NCBI GenBank assembly: GCA_041739995.1
Contig: JBGSMV010000044.1
Span: forward strand, 1-56,403
Direction of reading: 5' to 3'
DNA: 56,403 bases
DNA from: Bdellovibrionota bacterium
Lineage (GTDB): Bacteria > Bdellovibrionota_C > UBA2361 > JBGSMV01
Shown in pieces: positions 29,868-40,298 of this stretch. Made by a program: the position numbers and the translations under genes. Positions within the stretch are counted from its first letter, which is position 1. Every line of letters begins with the position of its first letter. The notes under the pieces were generated by a model. That model searched no databases and was not told the DNA's origin. It saw nothing but the letters and a program-made list of their open reading frames with translations.

Positions 29868-29900
29868 GGTCGGGACCCCACATTCAAGGACAATTCAATT

Positions 29901-29974
29901 TTTAACGCGGAGGTGGCGGGGGACACGGAGGGTGGTCGAGAATTCTCCGTGCCCTCAGCGTCCTCCGTGTTAAA
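29901..29974. repeat. REP-like extended palindrome between glmM and nnr
   Basis: TTTAACGCGGAGG...CACGGAG / CTCCGTG...CCTCCGTGTTAAA. Each arm carries two copies of C(A/G)CGGAG. Confidence 0.75.
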
Positions 29975-30035
29975 TCAAAATCAAAGGCCAGCCACAATAG
30001 CCAGAACGGTACACCACCAACACAACACTGACGCG

Positions 30036-31418
30036 TCAAACCGTACCGAGCTCCCGCTCAATCACCGAGGCAACATCTTGGGCATGACGCTTACAGTCAT
30101 CCTCACTTTCGCACTCCACCATTACTCTGACTTTGTTCTCGGTACCAGAATACCTGACTAAGAGCCGCCCTTGGGTAGAGAGTTCTCGCTCTTTGCTGGT
30201 AATCACTTGATGAATGGGATCAATACTATCCAGCGGCGGTTTTCTTGCGACGTTAATGTTGATCAGTTTCTGAGGAAACTTTACAAATTTCGAGTTGAGT
30301 ACTGAGAGAGGCTTACCGCTACGCAGCACGGCCGCGATAACCATTAATGAGGTAAGCAGACCGTCTCCGGTGCTCATGTGGTCTATGAAAATCGTGTGTC
30401 CGGATTGTTCTCCTCCAATCTGGGCTCCGATCTCAAGCATGCGTTCGAGCACATAGCGGTCCCCCACGTTCGCGCGATCCACTCGAATCCCGTGCGGCTC
30501 AAGTACCCGCTCTAAGCCAAGATTGGACATGACGGTAGCTACTACGACTGAATTTTTAAGCAGGCCGCGTTCTTTAAGGTCGATAGCACAAAGTGCCAGT
30601 ACCATGTCGCCGTCTAGAATATTGCCTTTCTCGTCCACGACGATGACGCGGTCAGCATCTCCATCGAGAGAGAAGCCGATGTTTAGGTTCTGTTCCCCAA
30701 TTAGCTTTCTTACTATCTCTGGATAGAGGCTTCCGAAGCCAGCATTAATGTTGCGCCCATTTGGGCTCACACCGCGCGCCACTACGTCAGCGCCAAGTTC
30801 CGTGTACATTTGGGGACCTACCACGTAGGCGGCGCCGTTGGCGCAATCAAGCCCGATTCGTAACCCCTCTAGGGTAAGTTCTCTAGGAAACGTGTTTTTA
30901 AGGAACACGGTGTAGCGACCTATCGCGTCTACGATACGAGTAGCTTTACCGATGGACGTCGGTCCGGCATTTGCTTTTGTGAGATCTTCCCCGGCTGGGC
31001 TGGAAGGATCGAGCTGAGCTTCAATCTCAAGCTCTACGCTGTCAGGAAGTTTTAGGCCGTCGGCGGCGAAAATTTTAATGCCGTTATCTTCAAAGGCATT
31101 ATGCGATGCGGAAATCATAATGCCGGCGCTCGCACGCATGCTTTTGGTGAGGTAGGCAACGCCAGGCGTGGGCACTGGCCCAACTAACAGCACGTCGGCA
31201 CCCATGCAGGTCAAGCCAGCGGCGAGACTTGTTTCAATCATGTACCCAGAAAGACGAGTGTCTTTGCCGATGAGAATTTTATGCTTACCCTTCTGCTTAA
31301 GGAACGTGCGCGCAACGGCCTTGCCGAGACGAACAAGTGTCTCGGGATCGAGCGGAGGCACGGAAGCGACTCCTCGAATCCCATCAGTTCCAAAATAACG
31401 ACGCTTCGTTTCAGCCAT
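30036..31418 (-). CDS. glmM: Phosphoglucosamine mutase
   Basis: YFGTDGIRG, GKDTRLSGYM, ISASHN, DGDADR, GGEQSGH, RYSGTE. Confidence 0.97.
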   Translation of the reverse strand: MAETKRRYFGTDGIRGVASVPPLDPETLVRLGKAVARTFLKQKGKHKILIGKDTRLSGYMIETSLAAGLTCMGADVLLVGPVPTPGVAYLTKSMRASAGIMISASHNAFEDNGIKIFAADGLKLPDSVELEIEAQLDPSSPAGEDLTKANAGPTSIGKATRIVDAIGRYTVFLKNTFPRELTLEGLRIGLDCANGAAYVVGPQMYTELGADVVARGVSPNGRNINAGFGSLYPEIVRKLIGEQNLNIGFSLDGDADRVIVVDEKGNILDGDMVLALCAIDLKERGLLKNSVVVATVMSNLGLERVLEPHGIRVDRANVGDRYVLERMLEIGAQIGGEQSGHTIFIDHMSTGDGLLTSLMVIAAVLRSGKPLSVLNSKFVKFPQKLININVARKPPLDSIDPIHQVITSKERELSTQGRLLVRYSGTENKVRVMVECESEDDCKRHAQDVASVIERELGTV

Positions 31419-31445
31419 ACGACATTCTCACTGCTTCAAAAGTTT

Positions 31446-32417
31446 CTAAGTGCGGGTCTTGGAAGAGCCCTTCGCTGCCCCTGATTTGTTTTGCTTAGAG
31501 AGAGGCACTAACGTTATCAGTGCAGGTTCAATGCGCTTGATGGTGACTCCTGCAGGAAGATCGAAAGAGACTTTAAGCTCTCGCTGCACGGGTGCTTCTC
31601 CTTCAGCTTCTGGAGGAATAGTCACCGAGGCATTAAGTCGGGCAGCATCAATAGTCGATACGATCCGCTCTGGACCTGCCACTTCCAAGAGAACGGAGCC
31701 AGGGCGAGCTTCATACATTTCAGCTGCGGGGCCGCGCACTACAAGTGCAATGTTTCTCAAAGTCAGCTCGCGTTGCACGACTTCAACTTCTACGTGTACC
31801 TCGATGGACGGACTGCGAGACTCGATTTGCGGACCTGGAACGCGCACGCTGAGTGTTCTTGAGGTGCTCTCTTTAAGATCTCGAAGGTCGAGAGGAATAG
31901 TTTCAACAGAGACCACTTCGCGCAGCTCGCCCTCGGGCCCATACAGCACTACTTTCTCTGGCTGAATTTTCAGGGAATGAATCTGCAGTCCCTTTGCGAG
32001 CTGGCCAATGTGAGGAACAATTACTGGGACGGTTCTCTCAACCAGGCGATCGAGCTTAAATTCAAATTCAGTTGGATTGATGCTGAGGATTTCAACATCT
32101 CCAGGAAGCCTAAGGTCTTCTTTGCGCAGCGGAGCCAAGAACCGGCTTTGCACCCCTTCGGGGACTTCTACTCGAAACACCGGTGGCGATGAAATAAGCC
32201 GAGACAGCGACATCGAGGGTCCGCGCAAGGCAATCTCAGCTTGACGAGTGGAGGGCGAAACTATCGCAAGATCACGCGGCAGTTTTTCTACTTGAATAGG
32301 AGCAATCAGTTGAATAACGCTGGTGTCGCTCTGTTCGTCGACGAAGAAATAGTGAACGAAAATGGAAAGCACTGAGGCCAGCACGAGTGACAGAAGTCGA
32401 AGGGGGAGGTTTTTCAT
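31446..32417 (-). CDS. cdaR: YbbR-repeat protein, CdaR-like regulator of diadenylate cyclase
   Basis: N-terminal TM helix and three YbbR-like repeats, located between cdaA and glmM. Overlaps cdaA by 4 nt. Confidence 0.85.
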   Translation of the reverse strand: MKNLPLRLLSLVLASVLSIFVHYFFVDEQSDTSVIQLIAPIQVEKLPRDLAIVSPSTRQAEIALRGPSMSLSRLISSPPVFRVEVPEGVQSRFLAPLRKEDLRLPGDVEILSINPTEFEFKLDRLVERTVPVIVPHIGQLAKGLQIHSLKIQPEKVVLYGPEGELREVVSVETIPLDLRDLKESTSRTLSVRVPGPQIESRSPSIEVHVEVEVVQRELTLRNIALVVRGPAAEMYEARPGSVLLEVAGPERIVSTIDAARLNASVTIPPEAEGEAPVQRELKVSFDLPAGVTIKRIEPALITLVPLSKQNKSGAAKGSSKTRT

Positions 32418-33235
32418 GCGGGGCGACCTCCTTTTGGCTCAGTTTTATCGGCTGTCGCATGATCGCCATTAGAAAGGCAGCGGTGCAGCTCGTCGCGCAG
32501 CTCGGCCGGTGTGAGATTGCGAGTGAGACGGCCTTCAACCGCAAGTGAAAGAGAGCCATTCTCTTCAGATATTACCACTGAGAGCGCGTCGCTACGCTCG
32601 GAGATGCCGAGTGCTGCGCGGTGGCGGGTTCCAAGGCTGGGGTCTAGGTCTGGATTAAAACTGAGCGGAAGCACACAGCCGGCTGCCTTGATGCGATTTC
32701 CCTTTATCACTACAGCGCCGTCGTGAAGTGGTGAGCCTTTCATGAAAATTGCTGCCAGGAGTTTTCTGTTTAGGAGCGCATCGAGAGAGACGGCATCTTC
32801 TATCAAATCATCGAGTCCTACGGAGCGCTGAATCACCAGCAAAGCCCCTACTCGTTCTTCAGAAAGAGTGCGGGACAGGATCGTAATATCTTCAAGCATC
32901 TTGTCGCTTGCAGTGCGCTCTTCTTTCACGAAGAAACGCTGTAGGCCCACCTTGGTTAAGGTACGGCGAATTTCATCCTGAAAAACCACCACGATTACAA
33001 GAATGATGGAGCTAAGGAAGTTCCCGAGAATCCAACTAAGAGTTTGCAGGCCGACTTGTTTGGCGACCAGGTAGACGCAAGTTACTACTACCAAGCCCCA
33101 CAACATGGGCAGCGCTCTGGTACCGCGAATAACAAGCAAGCCACGGTAGATAAGGAATGCGACAATGAGTACGTCAAGGAGCGAGAGCACCCAGTAGGAG
33201 TCAAACTCTAAAAACTGCGCTACCCACTGAAGCAT
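32414..33235 (-). CDS. cdaA: Diadenylate cyclase (c-di-AMP synthase)
   Basis: Three TM helices, FQDEIRR, PLHDGA, LGTRHRAA, ISEENG. Confidence 0.96.
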   Translation of the reverse strand: MLQWVAQFLEFDSYWVLSLLDVLIVAFLIYRGLLVIRGTRALPMLWGLVVVTCVYLVAKQVGLQTLSWILGNFLSSIILVIVVVFQDEIRRTLTKVGLQRFFVKEERTASDKMLEDITILSRTLSEERVGALLVIQRSVGLDDLIEDAVSLDALLNRKLLAAIFMKGSPLHDGAVVIKGNRIKAAGCVLPLSFNPDLDPSLGTRHRAALGISERSDALSVVISEENGSLSLAVEGRLTRNLTPAELRDELHRCLSNGDHATADKTEPKGGRPA

Positions 33236-33254
33236 CGGTTTCCTAAGCAAACGC

Positions 33255-33287
33255 TTAAGGCACGAACGCTGCAGTTCGTGCCCTTAA
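33255..33287 (-). terminator. Hairpin downstream of ftsH (possible terminator or stabiliser)
   Basis: GGCACGAAC / GTTCGTGCC 9-bp stem flanked by TTAAG/CTTAA. Weak U-tract. Confidence 0.4.
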
Positions 33288-33343
33288 AACGACAGACCTA
33301 AACCACAGGCCTTTTCCTAAAACGGGACTCCTGAGCGACTACA

Positions 33344-35254
<1,911 letters not shown>

Positions 35255-35421
35255 AATCCAGATCCTCTAATATTTTCTACAAGATACCTACCGAGAAGTG
35301 CATGAGGCCGCAAGCGCTACGACCCCTAGATACTCATAATAAGATTAGTAATCCTCAAGAAAAGCGCAAAATTCTTTGGCGGTTTTAGAGTACAGCGGAA
35401 AACCAGGTCAGAGGACCGACT

Positions 35422-36513
35422 TTAGGGAGCGATTGGGCAGACCGTAAGTGCTCCTGCCGAGCGACGAACTTCAGTTGCGCCAGGTAGTTGAGCCGCCACC
35501 TGAAGCCCCTTCCAGACCCTCAGAACCTCCAAGGCCTTCTCCCTTCCGAGACGGTATTTGAGGTGGGGGTGCATGCAGCGCTCTACTACACGCCACTGCA
35601 ACCCCAACGGGACTTTCAGAAGTTCTTCTCGCATCCGCTTTAACCAGGCGGCTGAGAGATAAGGCTCACCGGAACAGCCCTCCAAGATCTGGTCTGCGAG
35701 CGAAGCGAACGTGTCGCTATCGTCGGCCAACGCCAATGCGCGCTCGAAAAGGCTTCTCCAGGAACTCGTCCCGAATTCCTTTTCAAGCAAGGGCATGAGC
35801 GAATGTCTGACTCTGTTTCGTGTATAGGATCGGTCATCGTTGGTCTCATCGTGGAAGAACTTGAGGGAGCGCACTTCCAGAAATTCAAGAAGTTCTTCAT
35901 GGCGAATCTCTAGAAGAGGACGCACCACGCAGCGTTCAAAGTCGACTCTAAGAATCGAGCGCGGTTCCTTATTAGCAAGCAGACGCATCAACAGAGTCTC
36001 AACGACGTCGTCAGCATGATGGGCCGTGACGATGCAGGTCGCTGAATGCTCAGAACGCAGCTTATTGAAAAAACGGTAGCGCGAGGCCCTGCCCCACTGT
36101 TCGACATTCTCGCCAGTGACTGGGGCATCCAACGTCTCAACGAATAGCGGTAAGCCGTAAGTTGCGCACAGCTGTCGACAAAACTCTTCGTCTCGATCGC
36201 TCGACTCTCGAAGTTTGTGGTTTACATGTGCGACTAGAAGGGCACATTCAAATTTTCGGGAGTCGTGGGGCCTCCGGGAGTCACGGAGCAGAAGCAGTAA
36301 ATGCAAAAGCGCCACGCTGTCTGCCCCACCCGAGAGCGCTACTACGACTGTGGGAACGGGACTAATGACTGGAGTGCTCGCGGAAGTTCCAGTGCTGGGT
36401 TCGCCGGCGCTGGAGTTATTGTTCGAGGTCAGAAGTTCCGACACGCCAGCTTGCAGGGCTAACCCCACCCGAGCGGCGAGCTCGCTTTCCCCTGTTTCAT
36501 TAATCGCCATCAC
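35422..36513 (-). CDS. tilS: tRNA(Ile)-lysidine synthetase (short form)
   Basis: SGGADS PP-loop, HVNHKLR, TAHHADD, RPLL, DETN, RNRVRH; upstream of ftsH. Confidence 0.93.
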   Translation of the reverse strand: MMAINETGESELAARVGLALQAGVSELLTSNNNSSAGEPSTGTSASTPVISPVPTVVVALSGGADSVALLHLLLLLRDSRRPHDSRKFECALLVAHVNHKLRESSDRDEEFCRQLCATYGLPLFVETLDAPVTGENVEQWGRASRYRFFNKLRSEHSATCIVTAHHADDVVETLLMRLLANKEPRSILRVDFERCVVRPLLEIRHEELLEFLEVRSLKFFHDETNDDRSYTRNRVRHSLMPLLEKEFGTSSWRSLFERALALADDSDTFASLADQILEGCSGEPYLSAAWLKRMREELLKVPLGLQWRVVERCMHPHLKYRLGREKALEVLRVWKGLQVAAQLPGATEVRRSAGALTVCPIAP

Positions 36514-36583
36514 GCTCTTTTAATAGCACAAATGTCGCGCGCGAGTAATATGCCCTCGGTGCTCAAATGCAGTAGGCCCCATA

Positions 36584-36613
36584 TTAAAGCGGACCCCGCA
36601 AGCAGGGTCCGCT
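36584..36613 (-). terminator. Terminator-like hairpin after the Hsp20 cluster
   Basis: AGCGGACCC / GGGTCCGCT stem followed by a short T/A tract on the minus strand. Confidence 0.6.
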
Positions 36614-36649
36614 CGAGTGACGGGAGTCATCCCAGTGTTGGGTTGCTCT

Positions 36650-37168
36650 CTATCCGTGAATGGCAATCTTCTTTGATTTAGCCTGAGCCGCTGGGGTTTT
36701 TGCCAGGGCCACCGAAAGAACGCCATTTTTGAAGACCGCATCCACCTTGTCAGTGTCGACTTCGCAGGTAAGTGGAATCGAGCGTTGAAACGACCCATAA
36801 GATCGCTCCATGGTGTAGACGTGCGGTGAACTCTCGGACTCGCGCTCTTCGCGCTTCTCACCTCTAATGGTGAGCGCTTCAGGGGTGAGTGTCAGTTCGA
36901 CATCCTTTTGCTCAAGTCCAGGCAGTTCCGCGGAGACCATAATTTGGTCCGAGGATTCGCTGACGCTTATCTTTGGCATGAAGCCCTTTGAGCCGAATGC
37001 TCCGTCGCCGCCCCAACCAGAGAGGAAGTCATCGAATACTGAGTTTAGCTGGCGCTGCAGCTGAGACAGCGGGTGCGCATCTCCGTCACGCGGGGAGCGC
37101 TTGCCCCAATTTCCCAAAGACCAATTGCCATGCGCCAGATCCTTAATCGACTCTTTCCATGTGCTCAT
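36650..37168 (-). CDS. Hsp20/alpha-crystallin small heat shock protein
   Basis: AELPG, LTIRGEK, ERSYGSFQRSI, FKNGVL. AGGAGG RBS. Confidence 0.96.
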   Translation of the reverse strand: MSTWKESIKDLAHGNWSLGNWGKRSPRDGDAHPLSQLQRQLNSVFDDFLSGWGGDGAFGSKGFMPKISVSESSDQIMVSAELPGLEQKDVELTLTPEALTIRGEKREERESESSPHVYTMERSYGSFQRSIPLTCEVDTDKVDAVFKNGVLSVALAKTPAAQAKSKKIAIHG

Positions 37169-37196
37169 AGTAATTTCCTCCTTCTGAGTTTCGTAA

Positions 37197-37631
37197 CTAT
37201 GTTCTTACCTTAATCGGAATTTTTCTCGCCTTTTGCTTTTCCGATTTTGGAATGTTGAGTGTCAGTACCCCGTTTCGCAGCTGCGCTTCGATCTTTTGAG
37301 GATCGAAAGCGTCGGACAGCGTAAAGCTCCTACGATATTGCTGCTTAGTGCCCGAGTTACACGAGCATTCACAGAAAATCGGCCGAAGCTTACTCGCTTG
37401 CTCCGAGGATATGTCCCCAGTTACCGTGAGCGTACTTTTCTCGAAATGAATGTCGAGACCCGACTGCTCTACCCCTGCAAGATCCATTTCGAGTGTAAGC
37501 GCGTCCTCGTGCTCTATAATATCAACTCGAGGTAGTCGACTTACGGAGCGATCTTCTAGGGTCGTCCCTTGGTTCGGAACAAAGCCCTGGTTACGTGTTG
37601 GGGTCGACGCGTTGCAATTTTCCTGTGTCAT
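37197..37631 (-). CDS. Hsp20/alpha-crystallin small heat shock protein
   Basis: PRVDIIE, YRRSFTL, IEAQLRNGVLTLNIPK. GGAGG RBS. Confidence 0.95.
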   Translation of the reverse strand: MTQENCNASTPTRNQGFVPNQGTTLEDRSVSRLPRVDIIEHEDALTLEMDLAGVEQSGLDIHFEKSTLTVTGDISSEQASKLRPIFCECSCNSGTKQQYRRSFTLSDAFDPQKIEAQLRNGVLTLNIPKSEKQKARKIPIKVRT

Positions 37632-37659
37632 AACTCTTGTCCTCCAAGGAAAAATATTT

Positions 37660-38130
37660 CTATCGAATGGAAATTTTCTTTGGCTTATCCGCGGCCGCTC
37701 TTGGAAGAGTCACTCGCAGAACGCCATTTCGATACTCAGCACTTACCGCCTCGGATTCTACCGGAAACGGAAGCTCTATCGTTCGAGAGAAGGTTCCAAA
37801 TTCCCGCTCCCTGCGAAGATAGCGGCCTTTTTCAAGAGCCGCAGATTTCTCGGGGTCGACTTTTCGTTCGCCCTTCATGGTGAGAGTGTTGCCTACCACT
37901 GAAAGATCGACTTGCTCAGCAGTAACGTCTGGCAGCTCTGCGCGCACTATTGCTTCATTATCATTGGCGAAGACGTCAACCAGCGGAAAACTTGATCCGC
38001 TCTCGCTGAACGCTCCGTCAAACAAGCGATTGAGCTCCTGTTGAATGCCGCGCATGCCAAATGCTGGTCCAAGCAGGGAAGTTCCAAAGATGGGATCTCT
38101 TTCCATTGCTGCGAATCTGGTCATGAACAT
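37660..38130 (-). CDS. Hsp20/alpha-crystallin small heat shock protein
   Basis: AELP, LTMKGER, REREFGTFSRTIELP, YRNGVL. AGGAGG RBS. Confidence 0.96.
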   Translation of the reverse strand: MFMTRFAAMERDPIFGTSLLGPAFGMRGIQQELNRLFDGAFSESGSSFPLVDVFANDNEAIVRAELPDVTAEQVDLSVVGNTLTMKGERKVDPEKSAALEKGRYLRREREFGTFSRTIELPFPVESEAVSAEYRNGVLRVTLPRAAADKPKKISIR

Positions 38131-38355
38131 ACACGCCTCCTATGACGCTGAGTTGGAGTCCTCTTTCGTTGGCCAGTACATGACTGGCTACGAAGGATAG
38201 TTCTCCACTACAGCGCTAAACTCTATAAATTTAGCTGTTATGGTGTTCGGCAAACTCTCTTGTTTGCCTCACTACTCAGGTAATCATTACTCGGAAAAAT
38301 TCAAGGGAAAGCGAAAAAAATCACACGAACGTGAAAATGTTCGCGGCTAGTCCTC

Positions 38356-38934
38356 TCAAGCAAGATAGTAAAGGGCGATTCCCATCCCTAGAGAGGTTAG
38401 AAAAAACCCAAGAATCATTACGTAACCGTCCTTAGCGCTTAGGCCAATGGACATGACGGCAATCGCCAACGCCGGAAAAGCTGAGGCGAGAGGCACAACT
38501 TCTAAGGGCGGGATGAGGAGGGCTAAAAGAATGCATAAGCTCGCTATAATTTTAACGCCGTGACCAGAAACCAATTGTTCAAGGCGGGGTTTTAAGAATA
38601 AATCTATCTTCTTTGTATAGGGCTCGACTTTCTTACGCGCAGATTCAAACTTCTCTTTCTTAATGCCACGCTCTCTCAAAAACTTAGGAACCCAAGGAGA
38701 CTTACGGCCGAACAGCATCTGTACGGCAATAAGAATGATAAGCAGAGCTGTGATACTCGGTACGCCTGGAATTCCGCCTGTGGGCAGAATTATTATCAGC
38801 GAAGTCGCTAGCAGTAGGGGCCCGTACCCTCTGTGCTCCAATGCATTGACCACATCGCCGGCGGTAAGCGTGTCGTCATCCGTAGCACGATGAATTTTTC
38901 TTAACACTTCTGTCAGGTCTATGGAGTCCCCCAT
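38356..38934 (-). CDS. ExoD family exopolysaccharide synthesis membrane protein
   Basis: RGYGPLLL, P.GGIPG, QMLFGRKSPWVP, KPRL, PPLEVVP, KDG. Confidence 0.9.
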   Translation of the reverse strand: MGDSIDLTEVLRKIHRATDDDTLTAGDVVNALEHRGYGPLLLATSLIIILPTGGIPGVPSITALLIILIAVQMLFGRKSPWVPKFLRERGIKKEKFESARKKVEPYTKKIDLFLKPRLEQLVSGHGVKIIASLCILLALLIPPLEVVPLASAFPALAIAVMSIGLSAKDGYVMILGFFLTSLGMGIALYYLA

Positions 38935-39074
38935 ATGCCACCGCAATAAAAGAAATCTCCTGATGCCCTAGGTCGAAGCAGGGAAGCTTAAGGCATGACC
39001 GCATTTTGTGGTTATCCGAACTAACCATGCTCGTCACCCTAACACAAACCAGCCTGTTCCCATCCGCTTGTAGA

Positions 39075-39286
39075 TCAAATAAGGAGTCCCTCGCTTTCCG
39101 AGGCGACTTCTTTGAACAAAGCAGAAAATTCTTTCCGCACCGAAGCACGATCGCTCAATTTACCCAGACGCTTTGATATCAGACCTGTATCTAAAGTTAC
39201 TATCTTGCCGAGCCTGACGAGCGTAGGTTTTTGGCAGCTTTGCCCAGTCATGGAAGCGGTACTGAGACGACATCAAAGGGTGTCAT
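39075..39286 (-). pseudogene. MazF/PemK-type toxin remnant (internal deletion and frameshifts)
   Basis: ATG 39286 gives MTPFDVVSVP (PemK-type FDVV.VPFP start). Other frames give HDW and KPTLVRLGKIVTLDTGLISKRLGKLS (PemK C-terminus). The central KxRP segment is missing. Confidence 0.7.
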
Positions 39287-39500
39287 ACACGTCATCTTGA
39301 GTATTGTTCCAATCCTTAAACAACTGATTGGCGGCGCTTAGAAGACACTGCCCTTCCTCTTGGCCAGAGAAATAGCGACTCAATGCTTCAATCAATATGT
39401 GCTTTTATGTGACTCTCCGTTGAGCTGAGTGCACGAGCAAAAGCTCTAGAAGTTTTGGCTCATCTGAGAAGTCGATATTAAGCTTAAGAGATTTTTTCAC
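39273..39500 (-). pseudogene. Antitoxin-like gene (RHH-like N-terminus, acidic DW....DD.YD.L tail) with an in-frame stop
   Basis: GTG 39500: MKKSLKLNIDFSDEPKLLELLLVHSAQRRVT*KHILIEALSRYF...FKDWNNTQDDVYDTL*. TAA at 39405-39407. Overlaps the toxin start by 14 nt. Confidence 0.7.
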
Positions 39501-39692
39501 ATTGGTAGCTTACTGCAAAGGCAGCAAACAACTCATGTCCTTTACATGGTCCTTACGACAAGCCCAACGGCCTTAACTAGCGAACGATTTTAGGGCGTAA
39601 TCTGTAGCGCGAAGAAGTAAAGGCGCAGAGATGTAACAGCAAGGGTCTGGTTCGTCGCCACGACTAGGGTGCGTCATCCAGGTCCTGAGCCA

Positions 39693-40103
39693 TCAACCCG
39701 TCTTGCGGAAGCGATCAATGCTGAGCGCCCCTGCCCCGCTATACAGCAACGAAAGAGCTGCGCCGAGAAGAAGGATGTCCTTGTTGAAAGGTCTCTGCTC
39801 TCGAATTCCGACGGCCATGATGAACGAGGCTAGCATGAGACTACAGAGTATGGCGGCGAGCGTCGTCCAGCTCCCCAGGATCAGCATGGTGCCTACGCCT
39901 ACTTCAATATAAGGGAGAAGAATTCCGTACAGAGTGGCGAGCGGCTCTGGAATTATCTTGTACTGCTGTACAATCGCAATAAAAGCATCTGCGTCTTTGA
40001 TCTTCATTAATCCAGCCAGGACGAAGTAGAGTCCCAGTGGTACTCGCACAAAGAGGCCAGCGTACAAGGCGTTGCCCATTGGTTCGTGAAACTTCATGGC
40101 CAT
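39693..40103 (-). CDS. DoxX/MauE family membrane protein
   Basis: R..LGLYFVLAGLMK, LPYIEVGVG, GAGALSID. Confidence 0.88.
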   Translation of the reverse strand: MAMKFHEPMGNALYAGLFVRVPLGLYFVLAGLMKIKDADAFIAIVQQYKIIPEPLATLYGILLPYIEVGVGTMLILGSWTTLAAILCSLMLASFIMAVGIREQRPFNKDILLLGAALSLLYSGAGALSIDRFRKTG

Positions 40104-40298
40104 GGCACACCTACTTTGATCAATCAGAAAAACAACAAATTCTAAAGGCGCCCTCCGGAGAGGGCCGTTTGGCCTATGTTAAGGTAAGAGGGTATAGGTC
40201 GACAATTCCCGATTCTTCCCTCGAGGTCGCTTGTAGTGTAGTCGGGAGCTAAGCCATTCGATGATCGTGAGAGGCGTTTCTGAGCATGTAAAGGCCTA

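Noticed and set aside
38205..38240. CIRCE (HrcA) operator before the Hsp20 cluster
   Set aside because: Only a partial TTAGCGCTG half-site, with no matching GAGTGCTAA at 9-bp spacing.
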